From NCBI GenBank assembly GCA_965214095.1, contig OZ243938.1, positions 3,296,001-3,360,000 of the forward strand: 64,000 nt of DNA, given 5' to 3'. This document shows, piece after piece, positions 1 to 10,942 of this stretch; position 1 is the stretch's first letter; every line of letters begins with the position of its first letter. Origin of the DNA: Candidatus Poribacteria bacterium (GTDB taxonomy: Bacteria; Poribacteria; WGA-4E; WGA-3G). The notes under the pieces were generated by a model. It did not search any database. It worked only from the letters and a program-made list of their open reading frames with translations, and was not told the DNA's origin. Made by a program: the position numbers and the translations under genes.

Positions 1-818
1 CCGTATACTATTGTAGCAAATTGTTCAAGGTCGGTGTTGTGAAAAAGTAAGGTATTAATTCGTTTTAGGATGGTAGCGGGACAGTGTGCTTGATTACTCA
101 GCAACCGTGAAGCTGTCTGGATCATGACCATTAAGAGTGCAGCGGGAATTCCATGTCCTTTAACATCCCCTAAGACTACTCCAATGCTTGTATCTGTGAG
201 AGGGATAAAATCGTAGAAATCTCCAGAGACAGAAGTAGAACTTCGGAACAGTGTTGCAAAATCAAACCCTTGATATGTTGGTGGTTTTTCAGGTAGTAAT
301 TTCAGTTGTATTTCGGCAGCTGCTTGTAGATGTGTACCGAGTTCCGCAACACCCTCTTCACTGAAACTGTCACCCATAGCGTTGATTAGCGGATTGATGT
401 ACTTCACGGGTCGCGTTCGTCCCAGTACTGCGTTAATTCGAGCGGTTACCTCTCGTAAATCAAAGGGTTTTGTAATATAGTCGTCTCCCCCAATTTCCAA
501 ACCGCGTAATTTATCCTCAGTCTGTGTCTTTGCGGTCAACCAAAGTACAGGAATAGACCGTGTCTCAGTATCTTCTTTCAACCGTTTTATAACTTCTAAT
601 CCATCCATCTGTGGCATCATGACATCAAGCAGGATGAGGTCTGGTTGAATAGTTTTTGCGTTATGTATCCCGCTTAGACCATCACCTGCAGTAACGACAT
701 TGAACCCATCTGAAGCTAAGCTCATTTCAAGCAGAGCCAGAATATCAGAGTCGTCATCAATAACTAAAATAGTTTCTGCTTGCTCTATAGGGTTAGATGT
801 ATAAATTGTTTCGGACAT
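1..818 (-). CDS. Response regulator receiver fused to PP2C/SpoIIE (RsbU-like) phosphatase; runs off window start
   Basis: Not in ORF track. Manual translation from ATG 818: ILVIDDD...LILLDVMMPQMDG...GGDDYITKPF (REC), then VSGDFYDF...LGDVKGHGIPAALLM (SpoIIE). SD AGGTGA upstream. Confidence 0.9.
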   Translation of the reverse strand, partial: MSETIYTSNPIEQAETILVIDDDSDILALLEMSLASDGFNVVTAGDGLSGIHNAKTIQPDLILLDVMMPQMDGLEVIKRLKEDTETRSIPVLWLTAKTQTEDKLRGLEIGGDDYITKPFDLREVTARINAVLGRTRPVKYINPLINAMGDSFSEEGVAELGTHLQAAAEIQLKLLPEKPPTYQGFDFATLFRSSTSVSGDFYDFIPLTDTSIGVVLGDVKGHGIPAALLMVMIQTASRLLSNQAHCPATILKRINTLLFHNTDLEQFATIVY

Positions 819-954
819 CTCTAATCACCTTCATAATGAGTTTGATATTGGTTGTAGTTGATCTGATTATTGTCTGAACAGCATCTTCTTGGTATTCTCA
901 ATCAATGATTTGTGAGATACGTTCTATTTATTTTTTCAAAATTGCATAAGCCCT

Positions 955-3435
955 TTATGATAAAAACGGAATCCAGAATTGAAAGTTGCATCCTTTTTCA
1001 TCTTCCCCAGCATCCACCCAGATTTTTCCTTTGTGTGCTTCAACAAATCCGCGTGCGATTGAAAGTCCTAAACCTGTTCCTCCCTGTTCGCGAGTTTGAA
1101 CATTACCAAGTTGTTGGAATTTATCGAATATGTTTTCACGTTCTTGAGGAGGTATTCCAGGTCCTGTGTCAATTACTTCCACGTGGATACCTTCCAGGTC
1201 ATCGGTGTCAGAAGTCGTATTCTCAAGCGGACATTTCTTGTTCGATATTTTGATTGTAACGTTCCCGTTTGGTGGTGTAAATTTTATTGCATTTCCAACG
1301 AGATTTGTGATTATTTGCCCGATTCGTTCTTCGTCTCCTGTTAGTTGAGGTAAATCAGGTTGAACCCTCAAGTCTAAGTTAATTGTCTTTTCATCAGCCT
1401 GTGGTTTAAGTTCTTCAAGTCGTTGTTGTGTGATTTCTGCAAGATCAACAGGTTCAAGATTCATCACGATACGTCCTGCTTCGATGCGAGAAATATCCAG
1501 CAAATCGTTAATCATCATTGCGAGACGTTTTGATTGACGATGGACGCGTGTTAGACTAAGTTGCTGATCTTTGTTCAGCGGTCCTGCTTTTCCATCAAGT
1601 ATCAGTGAAATGAAACCGATGATTGAAGTCAAAGGTGTACGTAATTCATGGGAAACAAGTGCTACAAAATCGGATTTCATTTGATCTATTTCATGTTCAC
1701 GTGTAATATCGTCAAAGACATAAACCATTCCTGCCATTTCTGTATTTTCATCATTAGTTGTTGTCTGAATTGATGAGAAATAACTTGTTACTACCCGGAG
1801 CACCCGATTTTTACCTTCCTGATCTAAGTTAATTTCAACAGTTGCTCGTGTATCTTTACCGTGTGTATTTGCTAAAACAGTTAGATCTGTGGTACTGAGT
1901 AATTCGGTAAAGCGATCAGGAAACTGTGATGTATCACTATAGTTAAGCAATTGTTTGGCGGCAGGGTTAAAATAGAGTATATGGTCATGTGTGTCAACAA
2001 CGATGAGTCCTTCACTGAGACAATCCACAATTGCGGTCATCTGTTGTTCGGCGTTGATAAGTTTCTCAACAGCGATTTTCAGGTTGTGGTGCATTTCGTT
2101 AAATTCATGTGCCAGCATTCCGACTTCGTTTCTGCTTTCTGCAGCAATTAACTCGGTTTCCTCATCTTTGAACCATCGCATATTTGCTATATTTTTTCGA
2201 ACTTGATCAGATTCTTCTTGTACTACCTGTTTTGCTTCTTGTCCAATACGTTTTGCGGTTTCTGCAAGCTGCATTACAGGTAAGGAAATCCGTTGTGCTG
2301 CGACATAGGCGACAGGTACAACGATGAGACATGAGAGTATTGTCACCCAAAATACATATTGATTCAATTTATTAACACCTGCATACGCCTCTGAACTTGG
2401 ATATGAAACAAAAACGATCCAATTTGCGAAATTCTGTTCTTTTTTCCACGGTTGCCATCTTGAAGGTGTTGTTCGTGCCCATCCATATACACGCATTTCA
2501 TTATTTTTGTCGGATTCGCCTTGTACCACATAACCGTAAGTTTCACCTTCCCGTCCTTTTTTCGCTTCTGCAATTGCTTTTGCGACTGCTTGTTCAAAAC
2601 GCATTTCCTGATTTATTCTATAACCGCTTTCCTCTGATGCAGCGACGATGATTCCTGATTGTGATGTTAAAATTGTTTGTGTATTCATATCTTCCATCGA
2701 TTCAACTACATTAGAGAGTTCTGGTATTGAAAAGGTAACCTTTAGTACGCCAATAGTATTCTTTTCTTGTGTTGACGGTCTTCTTTGACTGCCATCTCGG
2801 ATAGGGAGTGCTATGGTGAGATAGTGTATTTCCCGTGTCTCATCATATTGGACATCTTCAGCATAATCAAAACCGTATTCTTTGCTCAATGCATGATCCC
2901 ACCACACTTCCTCCTTAACTTGGGTTGGTAATTCATTTCTTTTATAGTCAATATTAGGATTGTTTGAACGTAGAACATATCCATCAACATTTGTAATCGT
3001 TACTTCACTTGTAATTACTGTTGCTCCATTTCTGTCTCTATTTCTTTCACCTCTGTTTCTAAATCCTCTTCTGGGACGACCTGCATAGGTTTCTAACAAC
3101 CGGATACTATCCTCCAAGTTTCCTCTTACCTCCCAAAAGACATCCTTGTCTACATTAGCAGCATTAGCTTTTATTACTTCTGGTCGGAGATTTGATAGTT
3201 CGTTCCGAATGTTTCTAACTCTCTGAAAAATAGCGCGATCAGCAAGAAACAACTTTTCTCGTGCCAGTAAAGCCAAACTTTCTCCGACATTTCTTTTCAG
3301 AGCATTTCCACCCAATGCTTTGATAGTCAGTGAAACAACTAACAAAGGCGCAAGCGAAACGATTAGAAATAGAACTACTTGTTGACCACGCAGTCCCATT
3401 TTAAACCAAGAATGTGCAGGTTTTTTGTTTTCCAT
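955..3435 (-). CDS. Membrane sensor histidine kinase (Cache-like, HAMP, PAS, HisKA, HATPase_c)
   Basis: Two TM segments; VSHELRTPLTSI H-box, NLVGNAIKF N-box, DTGPGI and GGTGLGL G-boxes. Confidence 0.93.
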   Translation of the reverse strand: MENKKPAHSWFKMGLRGQQVVLFLIVSLAPLLVVSLTIKALGGNALKRNVGESLALLAREKLFLADRAIFQRVRNIRNELSNLRPEVIKANAANVDKDVFWEVRGNLEDSIRLLETYAGRPRRGFRNRGERNRDRNGATVITSEVTITNVDGYVLRSNNPNIDYKRNELPTQVKEEVWWDHALSKEYGFDYAEDVQYDETREIHYLTIALPIRDGSQRRPSTQEKNTIGVLKVTFSIPELSNVVESMEDMNTQTILTSQSGIIVAASEESGYRINQEMRFEQAVAKAIAEAKKGREGETYGYVVQGESDKNNEMRVYGWARTTPSRWQPWKKEQNFANWIVFVSYPSSEAYAGVNKLNQYVFWVTILSCLIVVPVAYVAAQRISLPVMQLAETAKRIGQEAKQVVQEESDQVRKNIANMRWFKDEETELIAAESRNEVGMLAHEFNEMHHNLKIAVEKLINAEQQMTAIVDCLSEGLIVVDTHDHILYFNPAAKQLLNYSDTSQFPDRFTELLSTTDLTVLANTHGKDTRATVEINLDQEGKNRVLRVVTSYFSSIQTTTNDENTEMAGMVYVFDDITREHEIDQMKSDFVALVSHELRTPLTSIIGFISLILDGKAGPLNKDQQLSLTRVHRQSKRLAMMINDLLDISRIEAGRIVMNLEPVDLAEITQQRLEELKPQADEKTINLDLRVQPDLPQLTGDEERIGQIITNLVGNAIKFTPPNGNVTIKISNKKCPLENTTSDTDDLEGIHVEVIDTGPGIPPQERENIFDKFQQLGNVQTREQGGTGLGLSIARGFVEAHKGKIWVDAGEDEKGCNFQFWIPFLS

Positions 3436-3482
3436 CCCTGCTCTCCTATAAGGTGTACGCTCCTGAAATGCCTGTTTTTGAC

Positions 3483-3818
3483 TTAAACAACAGCATCGTA
3501 TGCTGCTTCTTCAGTTTCATAAATTTCTAAAATTGATTTAAGACGTGTAACTTCCAATATACTGCTAACAGCTTTCTGTGGATTTAGCAGTACCAGTTTT
3601 CCACCGGATCTTTGCACAACTTGAAATGCAAGAATAATGACACCCAAGCCAGTGCTGTCAAGGAGTGGGACGTCCGTTAGATCAAGAATTAATTTGTTAT
3701 TACCATTTTGTAGCTGCTGTTCAATTTCGTCCTGCAGCTGATCCGCGATAGTACCGATGATTTTGCCTTGAGCGTGTAAAATTGCAGTATTTTGAACGTC
3801 CGATGTAATATGAAACAT
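3483..3818 (-). CDS. STAS-domain anti-sigma-factor antagonist (RsbV/SpoIIAA-like)
   Basis: LILDLTDVPLLDSTGLG with phosphorylatable Ser; start moved to ATG 3818 behind GGAAGGAG. Confidence 0.9.
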   Translation of the reverse strand: MFHITSDVQNTAILHAQGKIIGTIADQLQDEIEQQLQNGNNKLILDLTDVPLLDSTGLGVIILAFQVVQRSGGKLVLLNPQKAVSSILEVTRLKSILEIYETEEAAYDAVV

Positions 3819-3904
3819 TGCATAAAACTCCTTCCCTACTGAACTGCTATTTCTAAAACACACGTATGTCTAAAAGTATGTCTATGTATAGAACATGGTA
3901 GTCA

Positions 3905-4588
3905 TTATAGGCTATTAGTCCATGTATTGCTGCGACTCACTACAACATAAGTACGTTTTAGTTTTTCAATACGGCTTGTGTGTATGTTTTCAATTTCTGC
4001 TCCAAGTTCATGCAGGACTCTCTTACTATGAGATATTTCAGTATTATGTTCTGTTGATTTATACGCTATCCATTTCCCTGTTGCATTTAGTAATGGCAAG
4101 CAGTAGTGCGCCGATTTGTCCAGTGAGGCTACATAACGGGTCAAAACCCAATCGTAAGCGTTGATAAATTCATCTGTTTCAGCACAAATTTCTGCACGTT
4201 TTGCGATAACCTGGATTGAAGCGTCTATGTTTAGTTGCGAAATCAAATAGTTTAAAAATGCCACCTTTTTCTCAGAAGCCTCGACAAGCGTTAGACAGAT
4301 AGATGGAATATATATTTTAATAACAATACCCGGAAATCCTGCGCCAGTTCCAATGTCAATTACTTCTTGGTTCTCTGTGATTGAAAAATGTTCAAGGATG
4401 CTGATAGAATCGAGAAAATGTTTATATATCACCTCAGAGTCATCATGAAGCGCGGTAAGATTTATACGAGTATTCCACCTTTTCAGTTCTGTGCGATAAA
4501 TGGTCAATTGTTCAATTTGCTCAGATGTAAGTGGAAATCCATGTCTGTTGAACACTTCATCAAGTTGATTTTGGAACTGTGTTTTCAT
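3905..4588 (-). CDS. rsmG: 16S rRNA m7G527 methyltransferase
   Basis: WNTRINLTA, HFLDS, IDIGTGAGFPG; directly downstream of mnmG. Confidence 0.95.
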   Translation of the reverse strand: MKTQFQNQLDEVFNRHGFPLTSEQIEQLTIYRTELKRWNTRINLTALHDDSEVIYKHFLDSISILEHFSITENQEVIDIGTGAGFPGIVIKIYIPSICLTLVEASEKKVAFLNYLISQLNIDASIQVIAKRAEICAETDEFINAYDWVLTRYVASLDKSAHYCLPLLNATGKWIAYKSTEHNTEISHSKRVLHELGAEIENIHTSRIEKLKRTYVVVSRSNTWTNSL

Positions 4589-4618
4589 GCTTCCTGTTTG
4601 TCAGTGTTGCCTTTACCT

Positions 4619-6505
4619 CTATGATGCTGAGATCTGTCTATGCTGATGTAGCATAACCATTAAAATTGAGATGTCCGCAGGTGACACACCTGGAAGTCGT
4701 GATGCTTGTCCTATTGACGCTGGACGAATTTTCTCCAAGTTCTCACGTGCCTCAGTTTTCAGTCCACGCACATCTACATAGTTGAAATTATCTGGTATTC
4801 GTAGATTTTCCATTTTTTTGAATTGGTGAATTTGCCGTTGTTGTCGTTGTATGTAGCCATCATATTTAATCTGAATTTCTACCTGTTCTTTCACCGAAGG
4901 CGACAGTTCTTCGTCAGATGGAGCTAACCGTGCTACATGTTCGTAGCAAAGTTCTGGTCGTTTCAGCAGATCTGCAAGTGCTGTAGGTTTTTTCAACTCA
5001 CCAGTTTCAACAATGTCTGCTAACTGATCAATAGTTTCTGTGTTTGGTGTCAAACGCGTTTGGTCTAAACGAGTTAATTCAGAGTTGATAGATGCAGCCT
5101 TTTTTTGAAATCTGTCATAAGTTTCATCATCAATCAGTCCTATTTGCCTTCCAATTTCGGTGAGTCTGAGATCGGCGTTGTCTTCTCTCAATGTTAACCG
5201 ATATTCCGCCCGTGATGTGAACATGCGGTAAGGTTCGCGTATATCCAATGTAACCAAATCGTCAATGAGAACGGCTATGTATGCTTCGGATCTATCAAGG
5301 ATGAGAGGGGCTTTTCCTTTGGCTTTCAATGCAGCATTTATTCCCGACATGAGTCCTTGTGCTGCGGCTTCCTCATAACCGGTAGTGCCGTTGAGTTGTC
5401 CTGCGAAATAGAGTCCAGGAACAGTTTTAGTTTCAAGAGTGGGTTTGAGTTGTGTGGCTGGTGCAAAGTCATATTCAACAGCATAACCGAATCGCATGAT
5501 TTCAGCATTTTCTAAACCTTTGATACTATGTACCATATCCACTTGAACGTCTTCAGGTAAACTTGCGGAGATGCCGTTTAGGTATATTTCATCTGTATTT
5601 AATCCTTCTGGTTCGATGAAGACTTGGTGCTCTGTTTTTTCTGCGAAACGGGTAACTTTATCTTCTATAGAGGGACAATAGCGAGGACCAATGCCAACGA
5701 TACGACCACTGTACATTGCTGAACGGTGCAGATTATTTCGTATCACATCATGTGTTTTCTCATTGGTGTAGGTCAGATAGCACGGAACTTGCGGTTGTGT
5801 TATTCGTTCAGTGGAGAAAGAGAAAGGGAGTGGGTTTTCATCACCGGGTTGGGTTTCCATTTGGTCGGTGTCAATGGAGTGTGCATTGACGCGAGGCGGT
5901 GTGCCTGTTTTGAGTCTGCCAATTTCAAATCCGAGATTGAGAAAACTATCAGAGAGTTTTTCTGCGGAGGACTCACCTGCCCTGCCAGCACTATATGACA
6001 CATCTCCGATATGGATTAATCCTCTCAGGAAAGTGCCTGTAGTTAGGATTACAGTATTTCCATAATATGCAGTTTGGGTTTGACTTTTAATGCCGATGCA
6101 TGTCCCATTTTCTACCAATAATTCTTCTACTAATACTTGCTTGATGTCAAGATGGTCCTGTTTTTCGAGGACACGTTTCATTTCATCTTGGTATGCCTTT
6201 TTGTCTGCTTGTGCGCGGCTGGACCGGACAGCGGGACCTTTTTTTGTGTTCAAACGGCGGAATTGAATACCGGTTTTATCAATGTTCTTTGCCATTTCTC
6301 CACCGAGTGCGTCTATTTCCTTGACAAGATGTCCCTTTGCGAGTCCACCGATAGCAGGATTGCATGACATCTTCGCAATCGTATCCAGATTGATAGTAAC
6401 GATGAGCGTTTCGCAACCCATGCGTGCAGCGGCGAGTGCTGCTTCACATCCAGCATGACCTGCTCCAACAACAATGACATCGTAATGTTTGTTATATATA
6501 TTCAT
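4619..6505 (-). CDS. mnmG: tRNA U34 carboxymethylaminomethyl modification enzyme GidA
   Basis: [61 protein letters not shown]. Confidence 0.98.
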   Translation of the reverse strand: MNIYNKHYDVIVVGAGHAGCEAALAAARMGCETLIVTINLDTIAKMSCNPAIGGLAKGHLVKEIDALGGEMAKNIDKTGIQFRRLNTKKGPAVRSSRAQADKKAYQDEMKRVLEKQDHLDIKQVLVEELLVENGTCIGIKSQTQTAYYGNTVILTTGTFLRGLIHIGDVSYSAGRAGESSAEKLSDSFLNLGFEIGRLKTGTPPRVNAHSIDTDQMETQPGDENPLPFSFSTERITQPQVPCYLTYTNEKTHDVIRNNLHRSAMYSGRIVGIGPRYCPSIEDKVTRFAEKTEHQVFIEPEGLNTDEIYLNGISASLPEDVQVDMVHSIKGLENAEIMRFGYAVEYDFAPATQLKPTLETKTVPGLYFAGQLNGTTGYEEAAAQGLMSGINAALKAKGKAPLILDRSEAYIAVLIDDLVTLDIREPYRMFTSRAEYRLTLREDNADLRLTEIGRQIGLIDDETYDRFQKKAASINSELTRLDQTRLTPNTETIDQLADIVETGELKKPTALADLLKRPELCYEHVARLAPSDEELSPSVKEQVEIQIKYDGYIQRQQRQIHQFKKMENLRIPDNFNYVDVRGLKTEARENLEKIRPASIGQASRLPGVSPADISILMVMLHQHRQISAS

Positions 6506-6541
6506 GATCTGTCTTCTTGTAATAGATTTGTCGTTTGATGG

Positions 6542-7501
6542 TTAGAATCCTTCATAAATAATGTTAACAACCAGTTTGCCGACAATTTCCAGGCTTTTTG
6601 GACTGCATTTGTCTACTGTATCTTCAAGTGTGTGCCAATGCGGGTAATCAAAGTCAATGATATTGACCATAGGCACACCTGCTCTTATTAAGGGGACATG
6701 GTCATCCATCACTGCGGGACCATCTCTGTCTTGAAAGGGGTCTAAACCGAGTTTCTTTGCGCGTTTCCAAATTATATCCATGAATTCTGGATTTGCTGCC
6801 CAAGAGAATTGTTCTTTCGGTATTTCCAAATCCTTGTCTCCTATCATATCCAACAGGATTCCATAGTCTGGTCGCCATTTTCCCATATTTTTTGCGAAAT
6901 AAGTGGAACCGAGGAACATTTGATCTGTAGTTTTTCCATAGTCTTCACCATCAAATAATATTATGATGATACGACGCGGCGGTGGAGTTTCTTTTAATAT
7001 TCTTGCAATTTCCAGTAATACTGCGACACCTGATGCTCCATCATTGGCTCCAAGTATAGGTTCTCTTTGATTTTCACTGTTTGGGTCTTGATCAGCACAA
7101 GGACGTGTGTCCCAATGTGCTGCGAGGAGAAGTGTTTCAGGATGTTTGCTGCCAAATTCTGCGATGATGTTATTCATGTGGAGCGTTTTTCGTTGGGGTG
7201 GATCATCAATTGTGTCTACTTCAGAGGAATAAGGTTGAAGGGATACTGTATCTGCATATTTTTTTAGTTCGTTGAAAAGATAGTCCTTGGTTTTGGTGTG
7301 TGCATCTGATCCTGGTGGCCGTGGACCGAATTCGCACTGCTTTTTCAGCATATCAAAAGCACGGTTACCATCAAAAGGCAAATGTGTCTGTTGCGTTGGT
7401 GCATTTGCGGGTTCTGCACATGCCCAAGTGATGATTCCACAACACAGACATAAAATAAGAGCAGACATTTGTATGATTTTCATCTGTTTTGTACTCAGCA
7501 T
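6542..7501 (-). CDS. Exported M28-family zinc peptidase / glutaminyl cyclase-like protein
   Basis: Signal peptide; AHWDTRP, GANDGASGVA, FDGEDYG, DDHVP, HWHT motifs. Confidence 0.85.
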   Translation of the reverse strand: MLSTKQMKIIQMSALILCLCCGIITWACAEPANAPTQQTHLPFDGNRAFDMLKKQCEFGPRPPGSDAHTKTKDYLFNELKKYADTVSLQPYSSEVDTIDDPPQRKTLHMNNIIAEFGSKHPETLLLAAHWDTRPCADQDPNSENQREPILGANDGASGVAVLLEIARILKETPPPRRIIIILFDGEDYGKTTDQMFLGSTYFAKNMGKWRPDYGILLDMIGDKDLEIPKEQFSWAANPEFMDIIWKRAKKLGLDPFQDRDGPAVMDDHVPLIRAGVPMVNIIDFDYPHWHTLEDTVDKCSPKSLEIVGKLVVNIIYEGF

Positions 7502-7599
7502 TTTAAAAGTAAATAAGGAAATCAGAAATGAAATAAAAATGAATCAAACAATTTACCCCATCTGACTTCCGTTTTTGATAGTGATCCCTGTAAGTATTC

Positions 7600-8199
7600 T
7601 TACACTGCTCGTCGACCTTCTAATGCTTTTGAGAGTGTTACTTCATCAATGTATTCTAAATCTCCTCCAACAGGAATACCGTAAGCGATTCGGGTGATGT
7701 TGACCTGAAAATGTTCAAGTTGCTGTATTAGATATAGTGCGGTTGCTTGCCCTTCTGTATCCCAATTTGTAGCGAGAATAACTTCTTTAACAGTACCGTT
7801 GTTAACACGGTTGAAGAGAGAATCCATCCGTAGTGAATCGGGACCCACGCCATCTAATGGCGACAAAACACCACCGAGAACATGATAAAGTCCTTTATGA
7901 CTTTCTGTGCGTTCAATTGCCCATAGATCATCAGGTTGTTCAACGACACAGATAATCTGCGAGTCTCGTCTTGGATTTGAACATATCTGACAAGGATTTA
8001 TGTCAGTGATAGTACCACATATTTTGCAATCAGACAAGTTTTTTTTAACTTCTAAGATCGCTTCAGCAATCTGTTTGGTCTCCATATCTGGCAACGTTAG
8101 CATAAAGAAAGCTAACCGTTGTGCTGTTTTTGGACCGACCGTTGGAAGTTTCTGGAGCTGCATGATAAGCCGCTCCAACGGAACTGGATATCCCTGCAT
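7600..8199 (-). CDS. recR: Recombination mediator RecR
   Basis: LPTVGPKTAQRLAF HhH, C4 zinc finger, YHVLGGVLSPLDG, TRIAYGIPVGGDLEY; start at ATG 8199 inferred. Confidence 0.96.
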   Translation of the reverse strand: MQGYPVPLERLIMQLQKLPTVGPKTAQRLAFFMLTLPDMETKQIAEAILEVKKNLSDCKICGTITDINPCQICSNPRRDSQIICVVEQPDDLWAIERTESHKGLYHVLGGVLSPLDGVGPDSLRMDSLFNRVNNGTVKEVILATNWDTEGQATALYLIQQLEHFQVNITRIAYGIPVGGDLEYIDEVTLSKALEGRRAV

Positions 8200-8215
8200 G
8201 TATTTGCCTATTGCT

Positions 8216-8524
8216 TTATGGAAGTCCCGGAATTTTGAAACCACCAGTTAGTTTGCTCATTTCATCAGACATCATTTCGTGTGATTTCTGCAGTGCTTCA
8301 TTTATGGCTGCGACGACCAAATCCTCAAGCATTTCAGTGTCATCTGGGTCAACGACTTCAGGTGTAATGCGAAGTGAAACAAGTTCTTGTTGTCCATTGA
8401 CGACGGCTGTGACCATCCCGCCTCCGACAGTTGCTTCTATTGTTTGGTTCGCGAGTTCTTCACGGATTTCAAGCATGCGTTTTTGCATCTGTTGTGCTTG
8501 TTTCATTAAATCATTCATTTTCAT
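8216..8524 (-). CDS. ybaB: YbaB/EbfC nucleoid-associated protein
   Basis: MKQAQQMQ...GGGMVTAVVNG...LEDLVVAAINEA; dnaX-ybaB-recR synteny. Confidence 0.95.
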   Translation of the reverse strand: MKMNDLMKQAQQMQKRMLEIREELANQTIEATVGGGMVTAVVNGQQELVSLRITPEVVDPDDTEMLEDLVVAAINEALQKSHEMMSDEMSKLTGGFKIPGLP

Positions 8525-8617
8525 AATAGTAAATGTGCCGGTTCTCAGAAGAGAACTGGAATGTCTCCTTGACTAATGTCTCCTTGACTGTGGATACAGA
8601 ATATAATCATGTGTACG

Positions 8618-10390
8618 TTAAATGTTAATATCTAAAATTCTTGCGTCAAATAGGTCAAGCACGGGTTGGAGTTTTTCGTCTTCTTCGGCTTGACGTTTTC
8701 GCATCGTAGGTGTTTTTATTTCTTCTTCAGGTGTTTCATTGGGTTCTTGTGACTGTGAGACAGCTTCTGCTTTTTCAAGTTCGATCTGAACAGGTTTTCC
8801 GATTACATCTGAAAAAGTATTCTTAATATGTTGTTTTGCTTCTTCATCAACTAAAGAAAAACTAACATCAGGTGAGCAGACAATCTTTATGCAATCCTCT
8901 CCATCTGCGGTTGGTTTCGCGTCCTTGAACGCTCCGTGGACTAAATAAGGTGAAATGGATATAAGTCGTGATTTTACTTCTTCCCAAATGTCTGACAGTT
9001 CCTCCATACTACGCGGTGTTGATTGAGTAGTTTTATCGGTAACGTCTTCTGGTTCGCTACTTTCTTGTTCTGATGTGAGGACTGATTCAGAAGGAGGATC
9101 TGATTTTGGGGGAGGACGATTAGGCGGATTTCTTTCAAGGAATGTGTCAGCAGAGGTGTCTCTATGAGTTTTGGTCTGTGTGGGAGTCGGTGTAATTCCT
9201 GATTCTGCATCGGAACTACCGATTCTCTGCTCTATAGCAATTAGTTTATTGATGATTTCTTCAAGTTGGATCCCCTCTTTAATAGCATTAATCTGAATCA
9301 GTGCGCTCTCAAACTGGAGTTGGGGATAACCGTATTCTTTAATCTCACGGTTGGTATGCATCAGTATCTTTATGATTCGAGATAACCGTTCCACTGAGAC
9401 CTGTTCTGCTTTTTCCGTTAGGTCAGATAATTCAGATTTTGGACTTTGTATGAGTTCACCGAGTTGGTTATCAATAGCGAGGAGTCGTAGGTCACGAAAA
9501 TAAGCGAGAATGTGGTGAAGACATTGCTCTAAATCCATTCCTTGTATGGATAGTTTGTGTAGTGAATCTAAACTTGCGGCGAGGTCTCGTGCGATAATTG
9601 CGTCTGTAAGTTCGTGGAGCAGAGAGCTTGACCCGAGTCCGAGTGTCTCTTCTACGTTATCAAGTGTAAGATTTTTTCCTGCAGATGCGACCAACCTTTC
9701 CAGTAGGTTTTCTGCGTCGCGGAGACATCCTTCGGATTGCCGTGCTATGAGTGAGAGTACTTCACTATCTGAAGTAATTTCTTCATCATCAGCAATTAGT
9801 TGTAATCTTGAAATAATCTGGTCGGGGATAAGGTGGCGAAAATCAAAGTCTTGACAACGGGAGACGATGGTCTTTGGGATTTGAGAGTGTTCTGTAGTCG
9901 CCATGATGAAGATAACATGCGATGGGGGTTCTTCCAGTGTTTTGAGGAGTGCGTTGAATCCTTCTGAAGTGAGCATGTGAACTTCATCAATAATGTAAAT
10001 TTTGTATTTGTAAGCTGCAGGGGATAGTTTCACATTCTCACGTAGGTCACGAATCGTGTCAATGCCGCGATTAGATGCTGCATCCATCTCAATGACATCA
10101 AATGATGAACCTTGTGTAATATCTCTACAAGCATCGCATTGATTACAAGGTTCTCCCGTATTTACGGGACCTAAGTCTGTTTCTTGTGTGGGATTCAGGC
10201 AGTTGACCGCTTTTGCAAACAGACGTGCTACCGTAGTTTTACCAGTTCCTCTTGGTCCCCAAAACAGGTATGCATGCCCGAGTCGTTCGGTGCGAATTTG
10301 GTTCTGTAGAGTGGCGGTCACGTGTGCCTGTCCAACAACATCACTGAAGAATTGGGGTCTCCATTTCTGTGCGAAAACTTCATAAGACAT
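8618..10390 (-). CDS. dnaX: DNA polymerase III gamma/tau subunit
   Basis: KWRPQ, GPRGTGKTT, Zn cysteines, EMDAASN, IIDEVHML, NALLKTLEEPP, SRC. Confidence 0.97.
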   Translation of the reverse strand: MSYEVFAQKWRPQFFSDVVGQAHVTATLQNQIRTERLGHAYLFWGPRGTGKTTVARLFAKAVNCLNPTQETDLGPVNTGEPCNQCDACRDITQGSSFDVIEMDAASNRGIDTIRDLRENVKLSPAAYKYKIYIIDEVHMLTSEGFNALLKTLEEPPSHVIFIMATTEHSQIPKTIVSRCQDFDFRHLIPDQIISRLQLIADDEEITSDSEVLSLIARQSEGCLRDAENLLERLVASAGKNLTLDNVEETLGLGSSSLLHELTDAIIARDLAASLDSLHKLSIQGMDLEQCLHHILAYFRDLRLLAIDNQLGELIQSPKSELSDLTEKAEQVSVERLSRIIKILMHTNREIKEYGYPQLQFESALIQINAIKEGIQLEEIINKLIAIEQRIGSSDAESGITPTPTQTKTHRDTSADTFLERNPPNRPPPKSDPPSESVLTSEQESSEPEDVTDKTTQSTPRSMEELSDIWEEVKSRLISISPYLVHGAFKDAKPTADGEDCIKIVCSPDVSFSLVDEEAKQHIKNTFSDVIGKPVQIELEKAEAVSQSQEPNETPEEEIKTPTMRKRQAEEDEKLQPVLDLFDARILDINI

Positions 10391-10496
10391 GTTTGTAACC
10401 TTTGACAGGCAAAAAATGGGAATTTGTTAATTGCGTATATTGAGAACCCACAATAACAGATTTGGATTCATGTTTAAGTATCCGCGTAAATATAAT

Positions 10497-10766
10497 GGCT
10501 ATGCACCCAGATTTGACAAGCCTTTCCGGACGTTGCCCATGTCGTTGGCTCAAGCCAGGCTACCTTGCGTCACACGAGAAAACTTATCTGCCGCTGCTTC
10601 CTTCCGGACCTGACGGGGTTCAACAAGTTCTCGTTGCTCAAGACCCAACTATCAACGCTACGTGCATGGGACAGACCCCACAAAGACAGGCCGCATGCTG
10701 GGGATTCAGTTCTGCTTTAGCGGATTGCAGATATAGGGCACCGCTACCTCCCCACCTAGCATAGCC
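10497..10766 (-). ncRNA. ffs: Signal recognition particle RNA, large (Alu-domain) bacterial type
   Basis: Minus strand has the domain IV core GAACCCCGTCAGGTCCGGAAGGAAGCAGC and a Bacillus-scRNA-like 5' end GCTAGGTGGGGAGGTAGCGGTGCCC; termini GGCTATGC/GCATAGCC pair; upstream of dnaX. Confidence 0.93.
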
Positions 10767-10834
10767 AAGGTGTTATAGATTGTTTGTCAGATATAAGACT
10801 AAAAGTCACTAAAACCTAACCTAATTCAAGAAAC

Positions 10835-10926
10835 TGGCGGAGAGAGTGGGATTCGAACCCACGGTACTGCAAAACAGCACACATGATTTCCAGTCATGCC
10901 AGTTCAACCAACTCCTGCATCTCTCC
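10835..10926 (-). tRNA. tRNA-Ser(GGA)
   Basis: Cloverleaf, anticodon loop CTGGAAA, long variable arm, G73, encoded CCA. Confidence 0.95.
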
Positions 10927-10942
10927 GATAAGTGTAAATAAA

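Noticed and set aside
10431-10764. Plus-strand ORFs of 60 and 100 aa
   Set aside because: Antisense to the SRP RNA gene.
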